A stretch of 64,000 nucleotides of DNA from Bacilli bacterium (lineage in GTDB: Bacteria > Bacillota_I > Bacilli_A > ML615J-28 > CAG-313): positions 58 through 64,057 of the forward strand of contig CAADXH010000098.1 in the NCBI GenBank assembly GCA_900752975.1, written 5' to 3'. The position numbers and the translations under genes were made by a program. Numbering within the stretch: position 1 is the first letter of the stretch; the number at the start of each line of letters is the position of its first letter. Of the stretch, positions 1-11,041 are shown piece by piece. The notes beneath the pieces were generated by a model. It was not told the DNA's origin. It saw only the letters and a list, made by a program, of their open reading frames with translations, and did no database searches.

Positions 1-56
1 TTCATAGGTTATTTAACAGCCCCTTTTTTGATTATATTTATGACTTTTTATCTATT

Positions 57-3000
57 TTACCATTCAATAATAGTATCTTTAATAGTTTTACCATTTACGA
101 TATACGTGAAAACTTTTTTGCCAGTGTTTTCTTCATATTCTAGTGTGAAAAATTCAACAGCCATGTACTTTCCTGCATCACCCGTTGCTACAAAGTTTGC
201 ATCAGTTTGATTAGTGGTAAAAAAGTAAAAGTATACAGTATATTGATATTTAGAAACGCCATTTTCAGTAGTGTGAGCAATAGAAATTGAAGTATTATCT
301 GAAACTGTAATTGTACTTATTTCATACCACTTTATATCAGAAGTATTGCTATAAACTTTTTCAATTCCTGAAGCATTATGGACGATTTTAACTTCATCAT
401 CGGTAATCGTTACAGTACATTCTTTAGTTAAGAAATCACGACATTCAGCTTTTGTTAATTGTTTTGAAGTACCATCATTATAATTTACCACTAATAAATG
501 CATATAATTAATTAAATCATCAAGTTTTTTAGTATCCTTGTAAAGCACGCCACTTATGAAAAGTTCTAAATCTAACACATTTTTTGCGGTTGCATTTGAA
601 TACCATGTTGCCGTCATTGTTGCTGATACACCTTTAAAACTAATTTGTAGTGGATGTTCGCCAACTTCAGTAGGAACATTTTCAAAGGTTATGTAGTTTA
701 GAATGCTATCAGTAATAGCTTTATTTTCAAGATATAAGTTAATAATCGTTGAACTCGTTTCAGCTCTAAAATTAACCCTAATTAATTGATTAATAATTGT
801 ACCATTTAAATCATCAATATTTAAACGTGCATCACTAGTTAAAGTGTAATTAAAATAAACGGTATAGTCACTGCTTTTAAGTATTGTGAATGCCTTAACT
901 TGTTCTCCACCAATACTAAATACAATTTGATCTTTTTCTCTAACGATATCAATATAATTATGATATTTTTGATACATATTTAATGAGCTAGAATTAACTA
1001 TTAGATTATTATTAAATCTAATATTCGCAACAATACCATTAAAAAGGTCTTCATCACTAAAATCATTAACAAATTCTGGAAGTGCACTATCATTATTATA
1101 AAATTCGAGTGTTGAATTATAGATACTTAAGCCGAAGAAAACATTATAAGCGGTATATTCGGCGCCATGTGCTCTAAAAATTATCGTATTTTCAGCAACA
1201 TTTCTAACTACTTCAACATTTTCCTTTGCCCATTTATAGGCTTCATCATCTACTAGATAGCCAGAATAATATGAGCCGTAAAAGGTAATTCTAGTGATTA
1301 ATCTAAGAATATCATCATCAGTTTCATCAGTTAATAGTAAATTATATTCACTAAGCGTAACGTCTATATTAGATAAAGCAAGAAATTCTTCTTTTTCAAT
1401 AATATTTACACTATTCTCAAATGTAAATGTTTCATTATTTAGGGTATCACGAACCATAAGTTTAAAAGTATTACTACCTAATTTAACTTCTCCAAGCGGT
1501 TCAAAAGTAATTTCAAATGGAAGTTCATATTCCTTAATTCTTTCTAAAGCTTTCTCGTAAGTTGATTGGATACTATATTCATCATCTACACAAGTAATGT
1601 ATATAATAAGTTGATCATTAAAATTTTTATTTTCTACATAGTTATATGACATTGAAAACGCAACACTCTTAATTTTTTTGGCATCACTTAGCGGATGCAC
1701 ATAAATTTCAGTCTCAAAGTTATAGCCATTCACTGTAATTGTAACATTTTGTGTTCCTTCTTTATTTTTATCAAGACCAGTAATGTTGGCTTCATCAAAT
1801 GATAAGTATTGATAATTATTATATTGCCAAACAAGTTTACCAGTTTCTTCTAGGGCTTCTACGTTAATATGGTAATTATATTCAACCGCAATTTGACCAG
1901 TCGCAGGAATATCTTTACCTACAAAAAGTTCATAGTTAAAATCTACTTTATAGTCTGTAACTACTGGATTTTCTAAATCAATTACGTAGTATTCAATTGG
2001 TAAATAGTAGATTCCATATTCATCTAAATCCATGGTTAGGATACCCATTTTTTTACCAACTGTTGAAATATCAGGATTTTCAATTTTTAGTTTAGCTGTG
2101 TCAAGTTCAACTGAATATGCATAACCTGTCATCATATCAACAATAGTTACAATATAATGGAACCATTTATTTGGATAAACATTATTATTAAGATCATAAA
2201 CAAACAAATCTGTTATTAAATTTAGTTCACCTGGTGATATTACATAATCGTGTTCTACACCTTCAACAAAATAAGCAATACTCATTGTCATATTATCAAT
2301 AGTAACTTCAAGTAATTTCGCACCAACCGTTGAAGTATCAAAAATTGTAAGTAAATTAACTGCTAATTCAATATCTTGTGAATCGTATTCGCCGTTTGTG
2401 TTAAGTATATACTTATAAAGTTTAATAATATCCTTAAATTGTTCAACAAATTCTTCTTTTGTGGTATTTTGTTTTACAATTATTTCGTCTTCTAAATTGT
2501 ATCCAAGTTTTTTGGTAGGTTTCATAATACCTTGAAGTTCATCTACATATGATATTAAATCTTCGTCTGTGGTTTTACTTAAATCAACATTTGCAAGTTT
2601 AGTAATTAATGCGAAAACTGCAGTTGAAGAAATGTTATTACCATCATTTTCACAAAGAATATTAAGTAAATTATTTAATTGTAATTTTTCAGCTGTTGAT
2701 AGTTTACTAATTTCCGTACTTAGTATTTTAGAGACAACAACTAAACTATGACCTAAATCTTCCTTTGTTTCATTTGTAAGTGATGAATTATCAAGATCAG
2801 TGATTAACATTATAGCATTTAATGTTTCCTCGATATCATCTTTATCTTCTAGTTTAATATTTTTTAAATAATTAGTTACAATTTTAACAGCTGGATCAAT
2901 ATTTTTAATTATTTCAATTATATTAAGCTTTTCAAAATATTCTTCGACATTTTCAAATTTTTTTCCCAACATAGTAGATACAATTGTCAAACATGTATTT

Positions 3001-3992
3001 AAAGTATTCTTACCTATTCTTTGGAATAATCCATCAATAATTTCACCAACATTATTAAGGTTTGTGATGAATTCTTCATTAATTTCAAGTGTACCACTTT
3101 CCATGTAACCATTAACTATTTCAATTACACCTGTAATTGTATTCATATCATTTTTAATAACTTTACTGATTTCTTTTAATTCTTGATATCCAGCAATACC
3201 AATATACATAATTTCATTACGGCTCATTAGAACTTGATCAGTATCTTGAATTGTTTTTATCATTGCTTCATATTTAGGATTTTCTTTTAATGATTCAATG
3301 ATAGGTTGAAGTCTTAAATACCATTGTTGATTGTTTTTATATGCGGTAAATATGATTTGACCTATTTGTTCTTCTGAAATAATTGTATCAATATCATAAA
3401 ATACACTTATAATTCTTGATATCATATCAACTATTGCATCGATAAAATTAGAATTTTCTGGATCATATCCATCAAAACAATTTAAAATATGATTTATTAA
3501 TTGGTCTACTTGAGTTTTTGTAAGGCCAGCCTCTTTAAAGACTCTACTTAAAACAAAGCAATAATTTTCTAAATCACTATCTTTTAAGACTTCCTTTATC
3601 AAGTCTTCTAATTTATCATCACTAACTTCACCATTATCAATCTTTACTATCATAATAGCTAATTCACGATAAATATCATCAACATTTAATTCACTTGGTG
3701 TAATTTCAGGATAATCTGGAATTAATAATTGGCCTTTTGGATAAACTGTGATTTCAATATTAAAAGTTTGACCTTCATATTTAATTATTACTTGATATTT
3801 ACCTTCTTTTGAAGTGGTAAATCCAGTTACCATATCCTCAGTAATTTCAATGTAAGTTTCATTACCATTTACAGTTTTTTTGATTCTTCCACCTTTAAAG
3901 GAATCACCAACATTATATAGTTTTTCAAATGAGTATAATTCATATTCTGTACCTTCAACTTTTTTTAATCTATTAATGTTTAATTCCCACAC
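57..3992 (-). CDS. Giant hypothetical surface protein (1311 aa from a GTG). Frame stays open upstream to 4127 and is the same frame as the lipoprotein ORF at 4128-4331.
   Basis: Long ORF with no N-terminal signal peptide and no usable RBS before the GTG. The upstream in-frame translation (KAKAIVYTDKDCSKEAEVPLK...) reads as a continuous protein. Big-like beta segments plus a helical middle region; no recognisable catalytic motif. Confidence 0.5.
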   Translation of the reverse strand: MWELNINRLKKVEGTEYELYSFEKLYNVGDSFKGGRIKKTVNGNETYIEITEDMVTGFTTSKEGKYQVIIKYEGQTFNIEITVYPKGQLLIPDYPEITPSELNVDDIYRELAIMIVKIDNGEVSDDKLEDLIKEVLKDSDLENYCFVLSRVFKEAGLTKTQVDQLINHILNCFDGYDPENSNFIDAIVDMISRIISVFYDIDTIISEEQIGQIIFTAYKNNQQWYLRLQPIIESLKENPKYEAMIKTIQDTDQVLMSRNEIMYIGIAGYQELKEISKVIKNDMNTITGVIEIVNGYMESGTLEINEEFITNLNNVGEIIDGLFQRIGKNTLNTCLTIVSTMLGKKFENVEEYFEKLNIIEIIKNIDPAVKIVTNYLKNIKLEDKDDIEETLNAIMLITDLDNSSLTNETKEDLGHSLVVVSKILSTEISKLSTAEKLQLNNLLNILCENDGNNISSTAVFALITKLANVDLSKTTDEDLISYVDELQGIMKPTKKLGYNLEDEIIVKQNTTKEEFVEQFKDIIKLYKYILNTNGEYDSQDIELAVNLLTIFDTSTVGAKLLEVTIDNMTMSIAYFVEGVEHDYVISPGELNLITDLFVYDLNNNVYPNKWFHYIVTIVDMMTGYAYSVELDTAKLKIENPDISTVGKKMGILTMDLDEYGIYYLPIEYYVIDLENPVVTDYKVDFNYELFVGKDIPATGQIAVEYNYHINVEALEETGKLVWQYNNYQYLSFDEANITGLDKNKEGTQNVTITVNGYNFETEIYVHPLSDAKKIKSVAFSMSYNYVENKNFNDQLIIYITCVDDEYSIQSTYEKALERIKEYELPFEITFEPLGEVKLGSNTFKLMVRDTLNNETFTFENSVNIIEKEEFLALSNIDVTLSEYNLLLTDETDDDILRLITRITFYGSYYSGYLVDDEAYKWAKENVEVVRNVAENTIIFRAHGAEYTAYNVFFGLSIYNSTLEFYNNDSALPEFVNDFSDEDLFNGIVANIRFNNNLIVNSSSLNMYQKYHNYIDIVREKDQIVFSIGGEQVKAFTILKSSDYTVYFNYTLTSDARLNIDDLNGTIINQLIRVNFRAETSSTIINLYLENKAITDSILNYITFENVPTEVGEHPLQISFKGVSATMTATWYSNATAKNVLDLELFISGVLYKDTKKLDDLINYMHLLVVNYNDGTSKQLTKAECRDFLTKECTVTITDDEVKIVHNASGIEKVYSNTSDIKWYEISTITVSDNTSISIAHTTENGVSKYQYTVYFYFFTTNQTDANFVATGDAGKYMAVEFFTLEYEENTGKKVFTYIVNGKTIKDTIIEW

Positions 3993-4331
3993 GGTTTTCT
4001 TTAAAAGTTTATTACCCTTATCTAAAATTACTCTAAAATAAAATTTGTTTTTCCCTTCTACAAGTTTTAGTGGTACTTCTGCTTCTTTAGAGCAATCTTT
4101 ATCTGTGTAAACAATAGCTTTAGCTTTTTATATAACAATATTAGAAGGATTAAATTCACTAACAATATTATCTACATCAAAACTAACTTTAGTTTCTTTT
4201 TTGTTAATAACGACATTTTTAGCGTTTTTTACTTCTTTAATGTCATATTTACTTGTTTCTTTACATCCTGTAAAAACAAGTGATAAACAAATAGCCAGCA
4301 AGAAAATTCTTAACACTCTAATCTTTTTCAT
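57..4331 (-). pseudogene. Large lipoprotein gene interrupted by one in-frame TAA at 4128-4130. Signal peptide plus lipobox ORF at 4128-4331, body at 57-4127.
   Basis: MKKIRVLRIFLLAICLSLVFTGC (lipobox LVFTGC) has a strong RBS (AAAGGAGaaacaaaATG). It continues 45 aa to ...NPSNIVI, then TAA, then the same frame runs 1355 more codons. 4128 and 57 are both congruent mod 3. Confidence 0.45.
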
Positions 4332-4490
4332 TTTGTTTCTCCTTTCATTGAACGAATGTTTATTTATTACATAAGTATTATACCATATTTTGTTCTTTAT
4401 GTCTAGCACTTACATGACTACAAAATTGTGGAGTTGTCGTATTATTATACATTTAAAGTGTTTTGTCTAAATAATTAAATTATGCAAACA

Positions 4491-5780
4491 TTAATTTTTT
4501 AAAGCCGTAATAGGGACAACAAATACACCATCTGATCGAATGTATGCGGCATTAGCTAAACCACAGATAACACACAGAATTTTAGGGGCTTTACCACCAT
4601 TTTCAATAATACTATTACGAGTTTTGATTAGGTTTTTCGCACCTTCATCAATTTTTTTCGCTCCAATTTTTATTTCAAATGCACACCATTCTCCATCCTC
4701 TAATTCAATTACAGCATCTATTTCATTGTTTTTATAATCTTGATAATGATAAAGAATACCACCAAAGGCTTGAGCATATATGGCTAAATCTCTTTCTACT
4801 AATGATTCAAACATAAAACCAAATGTATTCAAGTCACTTAATAGTTTATCAGCTGTAATATTTAATAAGGCACATGCCATAGCAGGATCACTAAAGTGAC
4901 GTTTTTCTTGTTGTTTAACGCGTAATGAAGAACGAAGGTTAGGCGAAAATGGTTTTTGATTATTTAATAAGAATAAACGTTCAAACGCATCTAAATATTT
5001 TTTGATAGTATTTCTGCTCATTGATTCATTATCTTGTTCAATCATATCATTAAGTAATGACATATCAGATACTGTTGTTGATTCATTTCTTGCAAGAGAT
5101 TTTAATAATAGTCTCATTTTATGTCTATCATACTCTATTTCGTTATCAAATCTATTTAAATCTTCCTCAATAATTGTTTCCATATAAGATCTTGGCATTA
5201 AGTGTGCATTATCTTTAGTCGTAGAAATATTTTCAGGCCAACCACCACGAACGATATAATAAGCCAAATCACATAGAGATGTTTCATCTAACATTTGTTC
5301 TTGAAGTGTACCATTACATAATTGTTCTAGACTTATTTTGCCTGATGAATCACCTGATTCAAATAATGACATTGTGTTCATTCTTAATTTAACAATTCTA
5401 CCCGAACCACTATGCATAATTCCTTTAGTTTTAGGCGTTGAAGAACCAGTCAAAATGATTTGTCCTTTTGCATGTCTTTTATCAACTTCTGCTCTTGTCG
5501 CATCCCAAATCGAAGGTACTTCTTGCCATTCATCTATCAATCTTGGGGTATCACCTTGTAAAATTAATAACGGATTTAATTCAGCTAGTTGACGATTAGA
5601 AAAATTATTAGTAGGATCACCAACTAAAAATTCACTATTTGCATGAAATGCTGATGTCCAAGTTTTTCCACACCACTTTGGTCCTTCAATACATATAGCA
5701 CCACTGACTTGCATATATTTATCTATCGTTTTATCGATAATTCGCTTTTTATAATCACTTTTATTTTTAATTACACTCAT
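4491..5780 (-). CDS. AAA+ ATPase, COG1373 family with C-terminal DUF4143-like domain
   Basis: Walker A-like GPKWCGKTW near the N-terminus. Length (429 aa) and layout are typical of the AAA plus DUF4143 family. Confidence 0.7.
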   Translation of the reverse strand: MSVIKNKSDYKKRIIDKTIDKYMQVSGAICIEGPKWCGKTWTSAFHANSEFLVGDPTNNFSNRQLAELNPLLILQGDTPRLIDEWQEVPSIWDATRAEVDKRHAKGQIILTGSSTPKTKGIMHSGSGRIVKLRMNTMSLFESGDSSGKISLEQLCNGTLQEQMLDETSLCDLAYYIVRGGWPENISTTKDNAHLMPRSYMETIIEEDLNRFDNEIEYDRHKMRLLLKSLARNESTTVSDMSLLNDMIEQDNESMSRNTIKKYLDAFERLFLLNNQKPFSPNLRSSLRVKQQEKRHFSDPAMACALLNITADKLLSDLNTFGFMFESLVERDLAIYAQAFGGILYHYQDYKNNEIDAVIELEDGEWCAFEIKIGAKKIDEGAKNLIKTRNSIIENGGKAPKILCVICGLANAAYIRSDGVFVVPITALKN

Positions 5781-5834
5781 ATTAAGCCTCCCTTATATGT
5801 ATATTATAATTAAATATATTTTTTTGTCAAGTCA

Positions 5835-5926
5835 AGTGAGCAATATTTCTTGTTTTGAGTGAGCGATTTTTATAATTTTTAGTGAGCAATATTTCTTACT
5901 TTGAGTGAGCAATATTTTCAAAATTA
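5835..5926. repeat. Four tandem 23-bp direct repeats (AGTGAGCAATATTTCTTGTTTTG-like) upstream of the DUF4143 ATPase gene
   Basis: AGTGAGC starts at 5835, 5858, 5881 and 5904, an exact 23-bp period. Units 1, 3 and 4 are near-identical; unit 2 is diverged. Confidence 0.85.
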
Positions 5927-5962
5927 AAAACGTTAATAGAATCTCTTCTATTAGCGTTTTAC
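5927..5962 (-). terminator. Rho-independent terminator after ntpD
   Basis: Hairpin acgttaataga / tctattagcgt with a U-run on the minus-strand RNA, directly downstream of the ntpD stop. Confidence 0.45.
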
Positions 5963-5972
5963 ACATACTATT

Positions 5973-6608
5973 TTAGTTTAGTTGTTTTTTCAATATTATT
6001 TCTTTACTCTTCATTAGACGAATAATGTTACTTCTTTCATTATCTTCTAGTTTCATTGTAATGAAATGAATATTTTCTTCTAAGTTAGGAATTAACACAT
6101 ATTCAATAGCATTAACACGTCTTCTTGTTTTTTCAATTTCAACCGCAAGCATATCACAGCTTTTTTCAATTTCAGCAAGTTTTACCATTTTATCTACTAA
6201 AGTTGAAAGTCTTAAGACAGATTCATCAAGTTCACATGGTGTAAAGGCAAAACTGTATGTTATGTCAGTACTATCAGATGATTCTACTTTTAGACTTGGA
6301 ACTTTAATGTTCATTATTGTTTTGTCAGAAATATCAAGTTTTAAGTTTTGTGAAGGAACAAGAAAGGCTTCCATCAATCCAGCATAGCTCATTTTAAGGC
6401 GAGCTGAGCCAAAGGTACCAGCTATAAGAGCAAGCTCTGATTCAACAGTTTCTCTTAATTCACGGTTTTGTTTAATTAGATTCATAAACTGTCTAACCAT
6501 TTCATCTTGTTTATCTTTTAGTAATTTATGGCCTCTTGTTGCGGTGGAAAGTTCTTTTTTTAGACGCATTAGTTCCATTCTTGTTGGATTTATTGTCGTC
6601 TGTGCCAT
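5973..6608 (-). CDS. ntpD: V-type ATP synthase subunit D
   Basis: N-terminus MAQTTINPTRMELMRLKKEL is typical of V/A-ATPase subunit D. Last gene of the ntp operon. Confidence 0.9.
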   Translation of the reverse strand: MAQTTINPTRMELMRLKKELSTATRGHKLLKDKQDEMVRQFMNLIKQNRELRETVESELALIAGTFGSARLKMSYAGLMEAFLVPSQNLKLDISDKTIMNIKVPSLKVESSDSTDITYSFAFTPCELDESVLRLSTLVDKMVKLAEIEKSCDMLAVEIEKTRRRVNAIEYVLIPNLEENIHFITMKLEDNERSNIIRLMKSKEIILKKQLN

Positions 6609-6611
6609 AGG

Positions 6612-7991
6612 CTATTCCTCATCTTTTGGTAAGTATTTATCAATGTATTCAAGACTAATACGTTTAAGTTCAGTCTTAGGTAAAATCTTTAATAGTTTCC
6701 AACCAAGATCAAGAGTTTCTTCAATTGAACGATTTGTCTCGTTTCCTTGAGAAACATATTCTTTTTCAAATTCATCAGCAAATTTTGCATATAGTTTATC
6801 AACATCTGATAATGCCGCATCACCCAAAATAACTGATAATTCTTTAGCTTCTTTACCTCTTGCATATGCTGAGAATAATTGGTTCATTGTTTGAGAGTGA
6901 TCTTCTCTAGTTTTACCCTTACCAATACCTTTATCTTTTAATCTACTAAGTGAAGGTAAAACATCAATTGGTGGAACTATACCTTTACGATATAAGTCTC
7001 TAGATAGAATAATTTGTCCTTCTGTAATGTAGCCAGTTAAGTCAGGAATTGGATGAGTTTTGTCATCTTCTGGCATTGTAAGGATTGGAATTTGGGTAAT
7101 TGAACCTTTTTTACCATGGATTCGACCAGCTCTTTCATAAAGTGAGGCAAGGTCTGTATACATGTAACCTGGATAACCACGTCTACCTGGAACTTCTTTA
7201 CGAGCAGCAGATACTTCACGTAAGGCTTCAGCATAATTGGTAATATCAGTAATAATTACTAGAACATGCATACCAAGTTCATAGGCTAAATACTCAGCAC
7301 AAGTTATGGCCATACGTGGTGTTGCGATTCTTTCAATAGCGGGGTCATTGGCAAGATTCATAAATAACACGGATCTTTCAATGGCACCTGACTTTTTAAA
7401 ATCTTCAATAAAGAAATTAGCTTCTTCAAATGTAATACCCACCGCCGCAAACACAACCGCAAAGTCATCATCGGTTCCTCTTACTCTTGCTTGTCTTGCG
7501 ATTTGAACAGCAAGTTTAGAGTGAGGTAATCCAGAACCTGAAAAGATTGGAAGTTTTTGACCACGAACAAGGGTATTTAATCCATCAATGGCACTAATAC
7601 CAGTTTGAATGAACTCAGATGGATAATCACGGGCTACGGGATTTAATGGTGTACCATTAATATCTAATGATGCGGTTGGGATTAATTCATCACCGCCATC
7701 AATAGGGTGACCCATTCCATCAAATACTCGACCTACGATATCTGGAGAAACTTTTAGTTCAATACCATGGCCTAAAAACATCGCTTTGGCTGTGCTAATT
7801 TTTAAACCTTGTGAACTACTATATAATTGAACTAATGCTTTATCTTCATTAATTTCAAGAACTTTACCAAAGCGGATTTCACCATTTGCTTGTCTTATTT
7901 GGACAAGTTCATCATATTTAACACCTTCAACATGATCAACTAACATTAAAGGTCCAACAACTTCCCTAATTGTCTTATATTCTTTAGGCAT
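6612..7991 (-). CDS. ntpB: V-type ATP synthase subunit B
   Basis: 459 aa with a non-catalytic nucleotide-binding fold. It sits immediately after subunit A. Confidence 0.93.
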   Translation of the reverse strand: MPKEYKTIREVVGPLMLVDHVEGVKYDELVQIRQANGEIRFGKVLEINEDKALVQLYSSSQGLKISTAKAMFLGHGIELKVSPDIVGRVFDGMGHPIDGGDELIPTASLDINGTPLNPVARDYPSEFIQTGISAIDGLNTLVRGQKLPIFSGSGLPHSKLAVQIARQARVRGTDDDFAVVFAAVGITFEEANFFIEDFKKSGAIERSVLFMNLANDPAIERIATPRMAITCAEYLAYELGMHVLVIITDITNYAEALREVSAARKEVPGRRGYPGYMYTDLASLYERAGRIHGKKGSITQIPILTMPEDDKTHPIPDLTGYITEGQIILSRDLYRKGIVPPIDVLPSLSRLKDKGIGKGKTREDHSQTMNQLFSAYARGKEAKELSVILGDAALSDVDKLYAKFADEFEKEYVSQGNETNRSIEETLDLGWKLLKILPKTELKRISLEYIDKYLPKDEE

Positions 7992-9772
7992 TAAAATTGT
8001 TCTCCTTTCATTAATTCATCATATTCATTATCAATTTCATGGTATAAGGCTTGAATTTTTTCGTCAAATTCATTTTCAGGAATATATTTCATTCTACCAA
8101 TTGATACAAGAGCATTCATCTTAATTATTTTAAAGTATGAAACATTGTTCTTTAAGGCATTAACTCCTTCTTCATACCATTTAAGAATAGCTTTTAACAT
8201 TCCAAATTGTTTCTTTAAAGAAGTGTATGTATCAATTTCATGGAAAGCAATTTGATGTAAATAGTCTTCACGAATGCTGCGGGCCGCATCTAAAGTTAAA
8301 CGATCACTATATTCAAGTGAATCTACACCAACTAGTCGAACAATTTCTTCTAGTTTTGATTCTTCTTGTAAAAGGCCCATCGCTTTACTTACTTGTTTAC
8401 TCCAGTCTTGATCTAGATGTTCATTGAAATATTTGTTAATATCATATAATGAATAACTCTTTAACCAGTCAATAGCTGGGAAGTGACGGCGATATGCAAG
8501 TTGAGCACTTAAGCCCCAGAATACTTTAACAATACGTAAAGTTGCTTGAGATACTGGTTCTGAAGTATCGCCTCCTGGAGGAGATACCGCACCTATTGCG
8601 GTGATAGAACCTTCAGAATTATCACTACCTAAGCATTTAACAAGACCAGCTCTTTCATAGAACTCGGCAAGTCTACTTGAAAGATATGCTGGATATCCTT
8701 CTTCACCTGGCATTTCCTCTAAACGGCCTGACATTTCACGTAATGCTTCGGCCCATCTAGATGTTGAATCGGCCATTATCGCAACGTTATATCCCATATC
8801 ACGGTAATATTCCGCAATTGTAATACCCGTATAAATTGAAGCCTCACGGGCCGCAACTGGCATATTAGAAGTGTTTGCGATTAACACTGTTCTTTTCATT
8901 AGGCTTTCACCAGTTTTAGGGTCTTTTAATTCAGGGAACTCTTGTAATACATCAGTCATCTCATTACCACGTTCACCACAACCTACATAAACGATAATAT
9001 CAGCATTTGCCCATTTTGCAAGTTGATGTTGAACAACGGTTTTACCACTACCGAAAGGTCCAGGTATCGCCGCAATCCCACCAAGGGCGATTGGAAAGAA
9101 TGTGTCAATTACTCTTTGTCCAGTAATAAGGGGAGCCGTTGGCGCCATTTTTTGCTTATATGGACGGCCCTTTCGAACTGGCCATTTTTGAATCATATTT
9201 AATTCTTTAACCTCACCTGTTGGAGTTTGGATTTTCACAATTACATCAGTGATTTTTGCATCACCTTGATGAATCCAAGTAATACATCCACTAACACCAT
9301 TTGGTACCATTATTTTATGTAAAACAACACTTGTTTCTTGAACTGTTCCTAGTGTATCACCACTACTTACTTGATCACCAACTTTTAAGATTGGTTTAAA
9401 CTCCCATACTTTTTCACGATTTAGTTTAGGAACATCAACGCCAAGGGGAATACGATCACCATAAGCATCGCTAATTACTTTTAAGGGACGTTCAATTCCG
9501 TCGTAAATACCTTCAATTAAACCGGGACCAAGTTCAACAGATAGTGGTTCATTTGTAAAATAAACCGGTTCACCAGGACCAAGGCCAGCTGTTTCTTCAT
9601 ATACTTGAATAGAGGCAACATCTCCTCTTAATTCAATTATTTCCCCGATTAGTTTTTTATTACTAACCTTAACAACGTCAAACATTTGGACATCTTTCAT
9701 GCCTTTCGCAATAACTAGTGGGCCTGCTACCTTGGAGATGATACCAATTTGTTGGTTTTCTAATTCTATCAT
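7991..9772 (-). CDS. ntpA: V-type ATP synthase catalytic subunit A
   Basis: Walker [10 protein letters not shown]; 593 aa. Start overlaps the preceding gene by ATGA. Confidence 0.95.
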   Translation of the reverse strand: MIELENQQIGIISKVAGPLVIAKGMKDVQMFDVVKVSNKKLIGEIIELRGDVASIQVYEETAGLGPGEPVYFTNEPLSVELGPGLIEGIYDGIERPLKVISDAYGDRIPLGVDVPKLNREKVWEFKPILKVGDQVSSGDTLGTVQETSVVLHKIMVPNGVSGCITWIHQGDAKITDVIVKIQTPTGEVKELNMIQKWPVRKGRPYKQKMAPTAPLITGQRVIDTFFPIALGGIAAIPGPFGSGKTVVQHQLAKWANADIIVYVGCGERGNEMTDVLQEFPELKDPKTGESLMKRTVLIANTSNMPVAAREASIYTGITIAEYYRDMGYNVAIMADSTSRWAEALREMSGRLEEMPGEEGYPAYLSSRLAEFYERAGLVKCLGSDNSEGSITAIGAVSPPGGDTSEPVSQATLRIVKVFWGLSAQLAYRRHFPAIDWLKSYSLYDINKYFNEHLDQDWSKQVSKAMGLLQEESKLEEIVRLVGVDSLEYSDRLTLDAARSIREDYLHQIAFHEIDTYTSLKKQFGMLKAILKWYEEGVNALKNNVSYFKIIKMNALVSIGRMKYIPENEFDEKIQALYHEIDNEYDELMKGEQF

Positions 9773-9785
9773 ATTTTACCCCTTT

Positions 9786-10112
9786 CTAAAATATATCAAT
9801 GCCAATAGCTTTTTCAACATTTTCTCTTACTTTTTTCATGCCAATTCCACTATTAACATTATCTAGGGGAAGTGGTAAGATAATAGGATAAGTCATTTGA
9901 CTATACTTTTCTCTAGTTTCTGTAATACTTTCGTATACTTGTTCCGTAACAAAAATAATTTTACAACCAGCTTTATAAAGCCTAAAAATTTCTTTATCAA
10001 TGTCTTCAACATTATTTGAAAAGTATGTTTTAAAACCTACTGCGTTATAAATAGTTATAGATTCATCATTTCCTATTGCGGCGAGGGTCACATTTTCACT
10101 CATCCTCTTCAC
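9786..10112 (-). CDS. ntpF: V-type ATP synthase subunit F
   Basis: 108 aa at the expected position between C and A, with a MSENVTLAAIGN...-type N-terminus. Confidence 0.8.
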   Translation of the reverse strand: MKRMSENVTLAAIGNDESITIYNAVGFKTYFSNNVEDIDKEIFRLYKAGCKIIFVTEQVYESITETREKYSQMTYPIILPLPLDNVNSGIGMKKVRENVEKAIGIDIF

Positions 10113-10119
10113 CTACTTT

Positions 10120-11040
10120 CTAGATTAAATTTTTTAATTCAATGTTTGTATTAGAATATATTAGTCTAACATTTTGTGCTTCTGAAAGTTTTAACAAATA
10201 ATAGTAAATCATTGGACCAATTGTAAATGGATCATCTTTATATTTAGCCATTTCACTAATAATGAAACGGTCAAATAAGATTTCAATATTTGCGATACTT
10301 TCAACTTCTTTTAATGTTTTTGCTAAATGTCCTTCATAATATGGTTCAAGTGTTTTTATTCTATTTTCACTATCTAAGCCATACATGTTTTTTAGTTTAT
10401 CTTTTGTAACAATACCACCATCAATAATCATACTTTCATATTCAGGATAATCCCAATTTAAGTTTTTTGATCTCATCATGGAAATAATGTTTGTTACATC
10501 AATTTTAATGGTAAGGTATTTTCTTAAAATATGATTTTTAGTTTTCTTTAATGCATAATTATAAATAGTATTATCGATTATTGCACTTAATATTTTAGGG
10601 TTATTTGTTTCTTCTACCTTTTCATCTAAAATATTAATTAAATCTTTTTCACTTTTAGTAAGATTATTATATTGATGATTGATTACCGCATCAATTAAAT
10701 CTTCTTTTTTTATTGTGCCATTATCATCAATTAAATCTAATCGGTTTAAATCATATTTTTTTATTTTGTATATTAGTTTTAAATTTTGAGCATCATTCAC
10801 TAAATAGAAAAGATTTGTATCTTCTTTACTTGGAGTGATACTATCAATTAGAGTTCTTACTCTGTGTTTTTCGGAGGCAATTACTTCTTCTAAAGTCGTG
10901 CCTTCACTTCCATAATTCATGGCAAGTAATACTTTCACAAATTCTGTCTTGTCATATTTGGCAAGTACAAGTAATTTATTTCGATCAAGAACTTTGGTTT
11001 CTAAAGCTTTTATCGTTCCGTTAGCATAAGGATAATTCAT
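10120..11040 (-). CDS. ntpC: V-type ATP synthase subunit C (start moved to MNYPYANG...)
   Basis: About 306 aa at the position between E and F. RBS AAAGGAGaataatATG supports the internal Met, which also avoids a 30-nt overlap with ntpE. Confidence 0.8.
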   Translation of the reverse strand: MNYPYANGTIKALETKVLDRNKLLVLAKYDKTEFVKVLLAMNYGSEGTTLEEVIASEKHRVRTLIDSITPSKEDTNLFYLVNDAQNLKLIYKIKKYDLNRLDLIDDNGTIKKEDLIDAVINHQYNNLTKSEKDLINILDEKVEETNNPKILSAIIDNTIYNYALKKTKNHILRKYLTIKIDVTNIISMMRSKNLNWDYPEYESMIIDGGIVTKDKLKNMYGLDSENRIKTLEPYYEGHLAKTLKEVESIANIEILFDRFIISEMAKYKDDPFTIGPMIYYYLLKLSEAQNVRLIYSNTNIELKNLI

Positions 11041-11041
11041 A

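Noticed and set aside
1294-1560. Plus-strand ORFs of 60-144 aa scattered through the window (e.g. 1294-1560, 2569-2751, 12537-12803, 14957-15310, 33701-34039, 36772-37206, 42610-43023, 53753-54097)
   Set aside because: All lie antisense inside well-supported minus-strand genes. They are low-complexity and Ser/Ile/Phe-rich, as expected from the complement of AT-rich coding sequence. None has an RBS or conservation signal.
3990-3992. Treating the GTG at 3990-3992 as the genuine start of an independent 1311-aa cytoplasmic protein
   Set aside because: No Shine-Dalgarno lies within 5-12 nt. The frame is open for 45 further codons upstream with protein-like content, and it is contiguous with a signal-peptide ORF. 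An interrupted single gene is more likely.
4128-4130. Stop-codon reassignment (TAA or TGA read as sense) to explain the in-frame stops in the two lipoprotein genes
   Set aside because: All other genes in the window terminate cleanly at TAA, TAG or TGA at the expected length (V-ATPase, hydrogenases, AdhE, PckA). A recoded genetic code is therefore not tenable. Nonsense mutation or sequencing error is more parsimonious.
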